34,491 nt of DNA from Craspedostauros australis (Eukaryota): NCBI GenBank assembly GCA_030167865.1, contig JALAGF010006404.1:1-34491 (forward strand), given 5' to 3'. The translations under genes were made by a program, and so were the position numbers. Within the stretch, counting starts at the first letter, position 1. Every line of letters starts with the position of its first letter. The notes under the pieces were generated by a model, which was not told the origin of the DNA, ran no database searches, and saw nothing but the letters and a program-made list of their open reading frames with translations. Shown here piece after piece: positions 1 through 10,365 of the stretch.

Positions 1-408
1 AACTTGGTGTTTGTCGATGCAGCAGTGCCAGTTCTGTCCAACACAACCCTGCAGTTTGAGTCTGCCGTTGGTCGTTTGGTGGCGAGCTCACAAGACACCA
101 TCAACGTTGTACATGGGAAGAAACACAGATTCATCACCCCCTACGCCCCTTGCCTGGGACAACGAGTTCGCCTGTCAGCTGGAGTCATTGACCAAGTCAC
201 ACGAGGACGGTCCATTCACGCAGACGATTTCGCACTCTGTTGAACGGTTTTGATTCGTTGGTGCGGAAGTTGGTCCTGGCCACAGTCACGAACGCAGGAG
301 GGCGCCATGATGTGCCTAGAAAACGATTGCTTCCTATGATCTGTTGGACCCCAACGAGTCATGTATCGTGTTCAGTCATGTATGACGTGGACGCGAACAA
401 AGGAAACA
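1..408. repeat. Left arm of perfect inverted repeat (pairs with 2763-3170); probably continues beyond the window start
   Basis: Positions 1-50 are the reverse complement of 3121-3170, and 401-408 (aggaaaca) of 2763-2770. Paired coordinates sum to 3171. The ORF track gives identical peptides on opposite strands (11..253+ = 2918..3160-). The first mismatch is at 409/2762. Confidence 0.97.
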
Positions 409-1045
409 ACAGTGGGTTCCGCGTGGGTGAGGTTTCAGTTGGTCCCAGTTGGATCGTACGTGGCTGTTGACAATTGCTGTGCAATCAATCTAGTCGTACC
501 ACGTTCAATTTACCACGCAATATTATAGAGTGTCCTTACCATATCCCCTGTAGGTCCGCTACCAACTTCGCCACGAACAAGCACATTTGCGAAACGTCTT
601 TTGTGTCGTATGCAACAGTCTTGCCACGACTGTCTCTGCGACATGCATTCGCAGACACGCGTCCATCCGCAAGAGATGTTGTTTTCGCATGGGCGGGGAA
701 GGGGCTCGCCTCGAGCAAGTCGTGCCAGAAGAGGTAACGACACAGGCACTCGCACCAGACGCGGACCAAGACTCCCTCATCAGCGCGCTCGCCACAGGTT
801 TGTTGTCGTACTGATCAAGGCAAATCCTTCAGCAGCAAAAGCCCCAGCAGCAACCGCACGAGGGTGAGGTGACGCGTGCATGATTGTTTCGTGAATGCGC
901 AACGTGCGTTTGCGGGAGAGCTCACTTTGTGTGCCTCGTGTGCCCGCAGCCGCTTTCGCAGGGGAAATTAATTCCTGATCCACATTGGGCGAGGCATGGT
1001 AGTACTCAGTGGAGCAAGGCAGCACAGTAACACAGTAGAGTAGTG
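409..1045. repeat. Left diverged inner arm of the inverted repeat (pairs with ~2135-2762)
   Basis: Collinear similarity to the reverse complement of 2135-2762. The near-identical core 646-735 (cattcgcagacacgcgtcca...gctcgcctcgagcaagtcgtgccagaagaggt) matches ~2442-2532. Other anchors: aaaagccccagcagcaac, agtactcagt (1001-1010 vs 2170-2179), cagtagagtag (1033-1043 vs 2142-2152). Many small indels. Confidence 0.9.
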
Positions 1046-1539
1046 CAACACTGAATTGGGTGCACCACTTTCACGTGCACAGCATCCATTTGCCTGTCAT
1101 TTTGTTCCTATTATGCTGCACTTATTTCTGTTGGTGTTTTTGTCGCGCTCATGAACAGCAACCGCAACCTGTGTGCATCTCCTGTTGATGAATGCGATAA
1201 AGTCGTTGAACGATAAGAGGAGAGTCATGTCGTCGTCTGGTAACTTGTCTAATTTTCCGCCACAAGGCTACGACTGAGAATCGCTTCTGTTCCCAGTGAG
1301 GTCGGGGGCAGAGGGGGAGTTTACGAGGTGGATTGATTTCCACCCAATCCAATTCCCTGCCAATCCAACGGTAATCCCAAACAAACAGCGATGAATCGCT
1401 TTCCGTTTGCCCCGGTGGAAATGGAAACGGGATTATTGTGTTTTTTCTAGCGCTGTACTCATCGTTATCGCGACATTCTGAATCACAGCTGCAGTATACT
1501 GGACGAAACGCTAAGGATTATCTGGGTGGAATTGGAAGT

Positions 1540-1690
1540 TGTTTCTCTCTCCATTTCCTGTTCCCTCTTTCCACTTCCTCCCCCCTCTTTCCATTCGCTT
1601 TCGTCTCTTCCCATTAACGGTATCTCCGCTCCCCAATCCCCAATCCCCATTCCCGTTTCACGATTCGCATTCTCCTCTTCGTTTCCCCCA
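1540..1690 (-). other. Pyrimidine-rich tract; canonical G-quadruplex motif on the minus strand (1631-1654)
   Basis: The plus strand reads cccc-aat-cccc-aat-cccc-att-ccc, which is G3-N3-G4-N3-G4-N3-G4 on the minus strand. The flanking sequence is strongly C/T-biased. Confidence 0.6.
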
Positions 1691-2134
1691 ACGCAGAAAT
1701 GTCATTTCCGAACTGTCGTTGCGTACAATGCTACGCGCGAAATCGTGAAGAAGTTGGCGCCCGGTTTCTCCGCGAGTATTTCATCGGCGCTTTGCCTCTG
1801 GTTGGCGCAACACAGGTCATGTTCGTTGGTGATTTGGAAACGGGCAAGCAACCGCATTGCTCTTGTACCATACTATACGGGATACAGAGCACGTGTCTAC
1901 AGTGCTCTCCTCCTGCGACGAGCATGTTCGCAATTCCTCCGTCGACATTCTTCCCAATGGAGTTTGGTGCGAACAAACTCCTCCACTTCGGACACAGAAC
2001 CGACCTGTTCTTTGACAAGACTGGTCCAACCCTCGTTCCAGTCGACAACGTCGATTCGAGGAACCAAAGCATCTTTTTGTCCTAGCCTTCTCGCGAAAAA
2101 TAGACTTGTCACCAGACGGCTGGATGACTCTGCA

Positions 2135-2762
2135 CTCCACTCTACTCTACTGGCGCACTGTACTACTATACTGAGTACTGCTCAACTCTGTGTGCGGATT
2201 GGGGATTGAGCATTTTTCGAGGCGAGAGCTGGCACAAGCCACACGTTGTTGCGCGCACAGAGGCAGCATCATCCATCAGCCCACAGCACGGATTCACGCA
2301 ACAACCATGTACGCGCCTCGCACTCGTTGCTGCTGGGGCTTTTGGTGCGGACGGATTGCCATTCATTGGTGCGTGGGTGTGTGACTGGCGCGATGATGGC
2401 AGAGCTTCAGTCCGCGTTTGGGGCGAGTGCCTGTATCGTGCACCTCTTCTGGCACGACTTGCTCGAGGCGAGCCCTTTCCCCACCATGCGAAAACGACAC
2501 ATCTCTTGCGGGTGGACGCGTGTCTGCGAATGTGCCTATTGGAGGCAGTCGTGACAAGCATGATGCAAACGACGCAAAAGACGTTTTGCGGCTGGGACCA
2601 TCGCGAAGTTGGCGGGAGATGTCACAGGCGATGTCGCCAGAACACTCGACATTTTGCTCTGTTGTGCCACCTGCCGAACGCGCTGCCCTAAATTCACAGC
2701 GAACTGCAACGCGCGATCCAACCTTCACTTTCTGGAACCTCCAACGACGCGTAACGCACGGC
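2135..2762. repeat. Right diverged inner arm of the inverted repeat
   Basis: Reverse-complement homology to 409-1045 (see that feature). Confidence 0.9.
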
Positions 2763-3170
2763 TGTTTCCTTTGTTCGCGTCCACGTCATACATGACTGAA
2801 CACGATACATGACTCGTTGGGGTCCAACAGATCATAGGAAGCAATCGTTTTCTAGGCACATCATGGCGCCCTCCTGCGTTCGTGACTGTGGCCAGGACCA
2901 ACTTCCGCACCAACGAATCAAAACCGTTCAACAGAGTGCGAAATCGTCTGCGTGAATGGACCGTCCTCGTGTGACTTGGTCAATGACTCCAGCTGACAGG
3001 CGAACTCGTTGTCCCAGGCAAGGGGCGTAGGGGGTGATGAATCTGTGTTTCTTCCCATGTACAACGTTGATGGTGTCTTGTGAGCTCGCCACCAAACGAC
3101 CAACGGCAGACTCAAACTGCAGGGTTGTGTTGGACAGAACTGGCACTGCTGCATCGACAAACACCAAGTT
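2763..3170. repeat. Right arm of perfect inverted repeat (pairs with 1-408)
   Basis: Reverse complement of 1-408 with no mismatch seen. Confidence 0.97.
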
Positions 3171-4951
3171 GCGTTTCATGAAGTCGTCGTGATCAAGGGC
3201 TGTCCTGCATTCGATCTAAACAAAGTACTCCTGACCAATCAAGAACGCATGGGTCACTACTAGGCGCACATAGACTACTAGACTATCACTTGTAATCCAC
3301 TCCATGGCCACCTTACTGCAACGAATAATAACAAATAGCCAACTAAGTAGGACGAATTGGAATACAATGTAGTCTAGGACAGTAGAGTGTTGTCGATTAG
3401 TTGTCCATAGGCAAACACTCAGGTGGGTACTCCTCTGATCACATGCATGCAAGCTCGTGAAGTGGTCGTATGGTTGTGTATCGTGGTCGGCCACACTCGT
3501 GTTCACATTGACCGTTTCGCATGCGACACTCCTTGTTCCGATGAAAAACACAACGGAAGAACAGACAGGACACAAAACGCTCCGCAGACGTGGAAGCGCA
3601 TCGGCCAAATGTTCCTATTCTCCTCGCTGGTTCCAGTCGTGGAAAACAGACAAGGAAAAGAACAACAACGAAAGAAAAGCGAAGCGATCACCAGTCACGT
3701 GAGGGAGGAATAGGTCACGAAGGATTGGACCGACGATCTTGCAATCATACTGGTCGACCAGCGAAAGTTGTGAAGCCAAACAGAGGCACTGCAGCGTGGC
3801 CAAAAACGATCACTTGTGACGTCATCGTGACATGCTTCATGGAATGGAGGCCAGACCATTCATCGCAACACACAACGTCCGTGCACGTGTGCGTCAACGA
3901 ACTCCTCCGAGGTGTACATCTTAGTCGAGTGGGTCAACTTTGCGGAACAAATGGAACAACGGGCGTCAGAGCCCAAACCACGGGATGACCGCACCTCCCT
4001 GCACAACAACGATTGCTGCTCCTCGTGCTTCGTCTTCAACTTCTGCGTCGCTGCTCCCACGTGTGCGAGCAAAAAAAGCGTTTGCCTGGATGATGCGGCT
4101 CGAATGCTCCAATGTGCAGGATCCTGCTCGATGGATTCGCATTTGTGCGTCGCGAGTCTTTGATCGCGTCCCTGCGTCGCCAGAGTTGCGCAAACAGATC
4201 ACTTGCGGATATCTCTCTACTATCTAGAGAAAGAGGTTGTGCACGACAACTCGCTTGGCGCCTGGCTGGCCGCGCTCTCGCTCGCTATTTCTTGGAGGAG
4301 GTATGTGTGGTATGAACAAGAGTACAGATAAAACGGAAATTGCGGCGCCTGCTGTTCGCCTCTATTCGAATTGCGCGTTGCACGACGGAGATTGATTGAC
4401 GTCTTCCTTTTGATCGCAGCAAAAGGGAAGCTGGCACGGGTGATTGGGTGACGGTGTGCCAGACACCGAATTCTTGACATGAGAATCTGACACTGCGCGA
4501 ACGAAAAACGGCGACCCCATCGCCGCACCCAACCAACACAATTTTGCGAAACTAAACAGCGTCCACCACCCACTTCCTCCACAATCACCAAGCATCAAAC
4601 TCTTCCACGCGCGCAAAGCATCACTCTACAAGCATTCGTATCTGTTCCAAAGTGAGTGCTTGATGTGCTGTTCTGACGATGAGGCTGCGACAGAAAGTTG
4701 TCACGACCAGGCCGATATTGTGCAGCACGAGCACAGCGTGTCCTGTGCGACCTTGCGGAACGCGGTGCCAAGTCTTCTACGCGCGGCGTGCGTGCGCGTG
4801 TGTGTACGGCAAGTGTTGAGTTGTTGTGTGTGAGACATTGCACTGTGTAGTATTATATGATGAGCAGCCATCACGTCCATGCAAGTGTTGTCCATCTACC
4901 TGTTCGTTCACTCAGTCTCTGTCTCTTTCCCTTTATTGACACCTGTCCACC

Positions 4952-6637
4952 ATGCTTTGGTGCACTTCGCTGCATCCAGAGATGCAAGAGGTAATTGACA
5001 CAATCCATTCTGTCTGCAACAAGGGTGACCTCGCCAGCATCCAAGATCTCGTTGAGATCTTTGATGGGATAGTGGGTCTAGATCTGTGGGATCTGAATGG
5101 AAGAACACCCTTGCATCTTGCTTGTTGGAAAGGACACATCCATCTGGTTCGGTACTTCGTTGAATGCGATAAAGTCCACTTGAATATCTACGCACTGGAT
5201 CATGTTGGGAACATGCCAATCCATTTCGCTTGTGCAGCCGACAGAGTTGACGTCGTTGACTACATGGTGAAGTCTTGCCAAGCCCACCTTGCCATCAACA
5301 TTCCGGCCAATAACGGCGACACTCCATTCCACGAAGCCTGCCGTCAAGGAAGCATCCGTGTGGTCGAGTTCCTCATCGAATGTGATGAAGCCAATGTTGA
5401 TTTTTGCGCTCAGAACCTTCGTGGGGATACGGCATTCCATTTGGCTTGTGCAGCCGACAAAATTGCCGTTGTCGAGTACATGGCTAGATCCCGCCAAGCC
5501 TGCGATAGCTTCAACATGAGGAATAACGATGGCGACACTGCATTGCACTGGGCCTGCCGTCAAGGAAGCATCCGTGTGGTCAAGTTCCTCCTTGAATGTG
5601 ATGAAGTCGATACGGATATCAATGCCCGGAATCGCTATGGCAGCACGCCATTCCAGTCGGCTTGTGAAAGCAACAAGGTTGCCGTCGTCAAATACTTGGT
5701 GGAATCATATCAAGACCTCATTGACATCAACAGGCCGGATGCATTTGGCGATACCCCATTCCACAAAACGTGCTGTCAAGGCTGTATCGATGTGATCAAG
5801 TACCTTGTGGAGTCGAACCAAGCCAATGTTGGAACCAATGCAAGAAATCACAGTGGTCGCACTCCGTTTCATCGTGTATGCGAGCACGGCTTGCTCTATT
5901 CAACGTTGATGCAATACTTGCTGAAGTCGGACAAAGCCAACATCGATATCAACATCCAAGACCGTCGCGGTCAGACACCATTTTTCGACGTGTGCTCCAC
6001 CTCTTTCACCAGTACATTTGATCGCAAGAATCACATGCTCCAGAGCTTGGTGGATTCTCACCATGCCAACGTCGACCCCAGCATCCAAGACTGCAGAGGC
6101 AACACGCCGCTGCATGAAACGTTCAGAAATGATGTTTGTTGGTTTCGTCCCAACAGTCAGATGAAGTTTGGTCACCTTTTCGATCACATCCGAAACGATG
6201 TCGTGTCACAGCGCAACCTCGACAGTATCGGAGGATTCAGTAAAGGGGATGTGATCGACCGTCTCTTCGTGATAGCCCAGCCGCTCATCGACGTTCAGAA
6301 CAAGGAGGGAGACACGCCGTTGCATCTGCTGAGACGAAGGAACTGCATGGCCCTATCGAAGATTCGGGAGGTGATCGAGTTCGAGGGAGCTGATGCCACA
6401 ATCCAAAACAAGAATGGAGATACAGCATTGCACACAGCATGTCGTGACAAGCATCTCGGTCTGCTGGAGTTGCTCGTGCAACACAGAGACGTGGCGATTG
6501 ATTTGAACATCAAGAACAAGAGTGGAGAGACGGTATTAGATGTTGCGACCAGCAGGCACCGCGACGGCACATGTGATCGCAGTGTTGCATTTCTCAAGGA
6601 GAGGTTGCCCAACAAACGTATCAAGATCACTCACTGA
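4952..6637 (+). CDS. Ankyrin-repeat protein (561 aa, about a dozen ANK repeats, intronless)
   Basis: Repeated GxTPLH/GDTAFH/GDTPFH-xAC motifs, e.g. GRTPLHLAC, GDTPFHEAC, GDTALHWAC, GNTPLHE, GDTPLHLL, GDTALHTAC, GETVLDVA. Spacing is ~36 aa in the N-terminal half. The alternative start ATG at 4982 cannot be excluded. Confidence 0.93.
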   Translation: MLWCTSLHPEMQEVIDTIHSVCNKGDLASIQDLVEIFDGIVGLDLWDLNGRTPLHLACWKGHIHLVRYFVECDKVHLNIYALDHVGNMPIHFACAADRVDVVDYMVKSCQAHLAINIPANNGDTPFHEACRQGSIRVVEFLIECDEANVDFCAQNLRGDTAFHLACAADKIAVVEYMARSRQACDSFNMRNNDGDTALHWACRQGSIRVVKFLLECDEVDTDINARNRYGSTPFQSACESNKVAVVKYLVESYQDLIDINRPDAFGDTPFHKTCCQGCIDVIKYLVESNQANVGTNARNHSGRTPFHRVCEHGLLYSTLMQYLLKSDKANIDINIQDRRGQTPFFDVCSTSFTSTFDRKNHMLQSLVDSHHANVDPSIQDCRGNTPLHETFRNDVCWFRPNSQMKFGHLFDHIRNDVVSQRNLDSIGGFSKGDVIDRLFVIAQPLIDVQNKEGDTPLHLLRRRNCMALSKIREVIEFEGADATIQNKNGDTALHTACRDKHLGLLELLVQHRDVAIDLNIKNKSGETVLDVATSRHRDGTCDRSVAFLKERLPNKRIKITH

Positions 6638-6979
6638 GAGAAGTAATCGGCATCAAGTTGGACGGCATTGCGAACAGTCGTTCTTGGGCGCACATGACAA
6701 GTAAACTTAAAGTAAATTCGAGTAATCTTAACAAAAAAAGATGAAGAGGAGACACCATTGATTGAGCCTTTTTCGCATCGTCTCGATGGTGCCGTTGTCC
6801 GTTCAACGATTGTTGCCATCCTTCCATGACGTCGCAGTGCCCTGCATGAACAAGGCTTGCGCTCCATGAAACGAAATCGATAGTCGATAGCGGGCGGCGC
6901 TTCCGCTTACTTGTTGGGTGTTCGGGAATAGTAGCCGATCGTCTCTATCAAAAGAAATCGGTGCCGGATCGCCGGGTCG

Positions 6980-9439
6980 TCACCACTCATCACTCTCGAC
7001 AGGCACACGAGTCAACAACCGTATCCGAGAATGCCGCTGCGCCCACAGACGCAGCTGATGCAGATCGAAGGAGCATCGCGACGCAATGGCCGGCACTGGG
7101 ACCGTACCATCCAGCACACCGAGCTGGTACAAACTACGAAACACCCTCTCGTCACCAACGGCATGGGTTGGGGATGACAATGATGATTCTGTATCATGTG
7201 CATCTTCCAATAAAGATGCATCCACAGCGACCAAGTAGTCTTGCATCTGCACTAGCACGCGATGGGACAGCAACCAGATGGCCATGTTCAACAGGATGTC
7301 CTCCAGTTCCATGCGCAGCTTGTGAGACAACGGTTGCTTGTGCCGGCCGTTGCTGCTACCGCTGCTCGTGGTGATGCTGCTGGTGCCGACAAACTGGAAG
7401 ATGCTGGCGGGCATGCGCACGAAGTCATTGAGGTTGCCGCTGCTCTCGGCCAGCGAAACCAGTGGCATCATGCAATCACGCAGCCATTGGGCGTCGTTGG
7501 AATCCACGTTCGTGAGCATCGCGGTAGCATGCCCGAGTGTCGGTGAGTTGGTGAGGAAGCTAACCAGACGGAACAGATTGAGGTCGCAAAAGCGAGATGA
7601 GAAGTCCTGGGAGAGCTGCGGGACGTGATGGATCTGAAAGCATGCCAGTTTGGATGATTTGGACACCACCGGTGAAAGGACGCACACGCCGTGAGCCAAA
7701 AGGTACGATGCCATCTCGAGCGTGGTATGGAGGGGCAGGTTGGCGTCGACGGCGATGTCCTTCAGCGGCTTCCGCGCATTGGCGGTGAGCAAGAACTGCT
7801 GCAACCGTCGCGGAGCGGCAGAGCCTGATGATTGGAACGCCTTGATGAGGTCTGGAGGAGCCGCGTGAGGGAAGAGCAAGGTTGAGTACGGACGGATGAT
7901 GGGCCTTGACTTCTTGTGGATGATTCCATCAGAGACGGCTTCGATGGGGACGGCGATGTGACGGTTGACGTACACGATGCCATCCCGTCCGCTGAGCAGC
8001 GCCTTGGGTGTGGGTGGAGCAGTGCGGTCGTTCCGTGACAGGGCATGGAAGACATGAATCAGCTCCCTCATGATGTTGCTGCTGTGTCGCATGAATCTGC
8101 GTCCAGCGTTTTCATCATCATCATCATCATTATCACCATTGTCGTTGCTGGTGCTGTTGGGCGTATCGCCCTGTCCGTCTGCTGTTGGTTTTGGATTGGA
8201 CAAAAAGAGGTCGAGAATCTGCTGTTCCAGATCCGATTCATCGGTGTCGGCGGTAGAGTTGAACTTGGACCTGTTTCTGTCGTTGGAGTTGGATTTGCGA
8301 TCATCACGGTCGTTGCTCGTGGTCACAAGCGGATTGGTGGCGAATGAGTTGTTGCGCGAGTGTCGGCCGCTGGACATCAACGATCCTGCTTTGCCGGAGA
8401 GCGAAGGTGTCAATGATAAGGATGAGGTGATTTGGCTGGACGCATCGTTTGCGATGCTGAGCTGTGATGTGGAGTTGCTGGATGGTTGCTCTTGCCCCCA
8501 CTTCTTGGCGTGCTCTCCGCGCAGTTTGAAGAATCCGTGTGCTTGCAACGATACGTAGTGACAGCGCATCTCTTCCCGGTGCAATACCCGGCACAAGCGT
8601 GCCAGGGTGAGATGAACGCGGCGGATGGAGAGATATGACATTGATGGTTGTTTTGACTTGGACCTGGACTTGGACTTCACGGTTGGCTGTGTGTTAGTTG
8701 CTGTTGCTGTTGCTGCTGTTGACGGTGGCATTGTAGAATCTATACGGAGTGGCAATTGCTCGGTGTCGCTAGGTTCCTCTCCAGACGAGGTGAATGTGTT
8801 GGGTAGAGACAGGGAGGTGGCTTGTCCCGTCATGGAGAGAGCCACGATGATGCTGAATTGTACGATATCATCGGTCGCGGTCTCATCTGTGTCTTTGTTG
8901 TTCGTTTCATTGCTGTTTGCGTTGCTGATGCTGTTTTCATCACCACTGTTGCTTCCATTGGAGGGTGATGAAGTGAATGAAGCAGGTTCAGCACCTGCCG
9001 CATCGGCCGCCTCGGCCTTCAAGCGAACTGCATGGCAGCAAAAGAACGTCTCATCGATGGTCAAAGTGACTGGTTGCCCACATAGCGGCTTCTTCATGCG
9101 AAAGAGCTTGGCGAATTGATGAGCAGTGAGCGTGAAGAAGACGTGATCGCATGGGTGGTCCTTTTGCTGCTGCTGCTGCTGTGGATTGAATGTTGTGGAA
9201 GGTCCCGTGGATGGTTGTGCAAATGGAGAAGGGAATTGCATTGGCTTGGCCGGATACCTCGCAACCAAGCGCGGACCGATTCCTCGCTGATCCACCACCA
9301 TCGCTATGCCCAGCACACGGAATGGGCTTCGGTTGGCATGGTCAGATGTTGTCAACGTTATAATGGCTGGCGACGATGCGGTTGCGTTCATCGTTGTGCT
9401 AACGCCGGTGTTGCTTCCGACGGATCCATTCTGTGTCAT
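6980..9439 (-). CDS. NPRL3: GATOR1 subunit NPRL3 / Npr3 (nitrogen permease regulator 3-like), 819 aa
   Basis: Blocks matching NPR3-family motifs, in order: VLGIAMVV..GPRLVARYP (longin start), FAKLFRMKKPLCGQPVTLTIDETFFCCHAV, LCRVLHREEMRCHYVSLQA, YVNRHI, IRPYSTLLF, WLLSHRVLVQMQDY. They are separated by low-complexity S/N/D insertions. Confidence 0.85.
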   Translation of the reverse strand: MTQNGSVGSNTGVSTTMNATASSPAIITLTTSDHANRSPFRVLGIAMVVDQRGIGPRLVARYPAKPMQFPSPFAQPSTGPSTTFNPQQQQQQKDHPCDHVFFTLTAHQFAKLFRMKKPLCGQPVTLTIDETFFCCHAVRLKAEAADAAGAEPASFTSSPSNGSNSGDENSISNANSNETNNKDTDETATDDIVQFSIIVALSMTGQATSLSLPNTFTSSGEEPSDTEQLPLRIDSTMPPSTAATATATNTQPTVKSKSRSKSKQPSMSYLSIRRVHLTLARLCRVLHREEMRCHYVSLQAHGFFKLRGEHAKKWGQEQPSSNSTSQLSIANDASSQITSSLSLTPSLSGKAGSLMSSGRHSRNNSFATNPLVTTSNDRDDRKSNSNDRNRSKFNSTADTDESDLEQQILDLFLSNPKPTADGQGDTPNSTSNDNGDNDDDDDENAGRRFMRHSSNIMRELIHVFHALSRNDRTAPPTPKALLSGRDGIVYVNRHIAVPIEAVSDGIIHKKSRPIIRPYSTLLFPHAAPPDLIKAFQSSGSAAPRRLQQFLLTANARKPLKDIAVDANLPLHTTLEMASYLLAHGVCVLSPVVSKSSKLACFQIHHVPQLSQDFSSRFCDLNLFRLVSFLTNSPTLGHATAMLTNVDSNDAQWLRDCMMPLVSLAESSGNLNDFVRMPASIFQFVGTSSITTSSGSSNGRHKQPLSHKLRMELEDILLNMAIWLLSHRVLVQMQDYLVAVDASLLEDAHDTESSLSSPTHAVGDERVFRSLYQLGVLDGTVPVPAIASRCSFDLHQLRLWAQRHSRIRLLTRVPVESDEW

Positions 9440-9811
9440 CTCTCTTCCATGCTTATTCGTGACGGTGCTGATGATGTTGATGCTGTTGATGTTAATGTGT
9501 TGGTGATTCTTGTGCTACGATGGAACTCTCGTATTCAGAAGATCACGCAGCTGCGAGATTGAGTGCGTCACAGGCCTCTGGGGTGATCTGCGTGCCTTTG
9601 TCTTCGAATGATGTTGGCGCCGATACCGTTCTCTTTTTGTGAACAATGGAAACACGGAGCCGGATCGCGCGAAAAGGATCGACCATGGCGCTCCACGACA
9701 ACGAGATTTTCGTTCCGTTCGTCCTGACGAAGGACAGACGATGGCGAATTTCGTCCCAAGATGACTCTCGCGCAGACCACCACCAAGCATCCACAATCCC
9801 ACAAACAGACC

Positions 9812-10198
9812 ATGGCGACCGCAACCACCGTCAACAAGGCCATCGCCTTGCAAGAAGTTCAAGAGACGGTCAGCCGGCTGACGTCGCACCAGGGTGTGCG
9901 TGCCGTGCTGATCCTCAACCCGGAGGGCGACATCATCACGCAGTCCGGCAAGCAGGATGTCATTGGCAACACGCGTCTGCTGAAGCAGATGCTGGACATC
10001 GCGGGACGGTATTCGGCGTCCGTTGCGGCGACGGCGTCACAGGATGGCGGCGATGCGGCGTCGACGATGGACGGGCATGATGACATATCCTTCATTTCGG
10101 TGCGGTTCCGACAGGATGAGCTGCTGATCGCGCCCAAGAATGGCTTCGTTCTGGTCGTACTGCAAGATCCAGCCGCTGCGGCGTCGCAGATGGATTGA
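9812..10198 (+). CDS. DYNLRB: Dynein light chain, roadblock/LC7 type
   Basis: EVQETVSRLTSHQGVRAVLILNPEGDII...DDISFISVRFRQDELLIAPKNGFVLVVLQDP matches the DYNLRB pattern (EVEETLKRL..KGV..IIVVN.EG.PI ... [30 protein letters not shown]). ATG at 9812 is chosen; an upstream in-frame ATG exists at 9761. Confidence 0.88.
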   Translation: MATATTVNKAIALQEVQETVSRLTSHQGVRAVLILNPEGDIITQSGKQDVIGNTRLLKQMLDIAGRYSASVAATASQDGGDAASTMDGHDDISFISVRFRQDELLIAPKNGFVLVVLQDPAAAASQMD

Positions 10199-10365
10199 GA
10201 TGGCTGACGACCATCCTCGTACCTGGAGTACGCATATGTACGTACCTACTCTATCAGTACTTTCGATACTACGAAGACTCTATACTCCACATCACACCAT
10301 TCCAAAATATCATACTACTATATATGTCCAATGAATAATCCAATAGATACCATCATATTGTTCTA

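Noticed and set aside
1631..1654. Telomere-like CCCCAAT repeats
   Set aside because: Only ~3 imperfect units, and not the TTAGGG-type repeat expected; retained only as a G4 motif.
2131..2180. TCTACTCTACT / TACTACTA at the inner arm end as a Helitron 5' terminus
   Set aside because: Similar TACT-rich words occur in other intergenic gaps (e.g. ~26210, ~31450), and no 3' hairpin-CTRR end was identified.
4..3179. Short ORFs duplicated in the inverted-repeat arms, and ORFs in the spacer (1526..2209, Cys-rich 1699..2085)
   Set aside because: No recognisable domain and no transposase or RT motifs. Frameshifting indels occur between the diverged copies. The duplication is explained by the DNA repeat.
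3180..4900. Several 60-130 aa ORFs and a possible gtatgt donor at ~4301
   Set aside because: No consistent frame, codon bias or homology recognisable. A decayed gene cannot be excluded but is unsupported.
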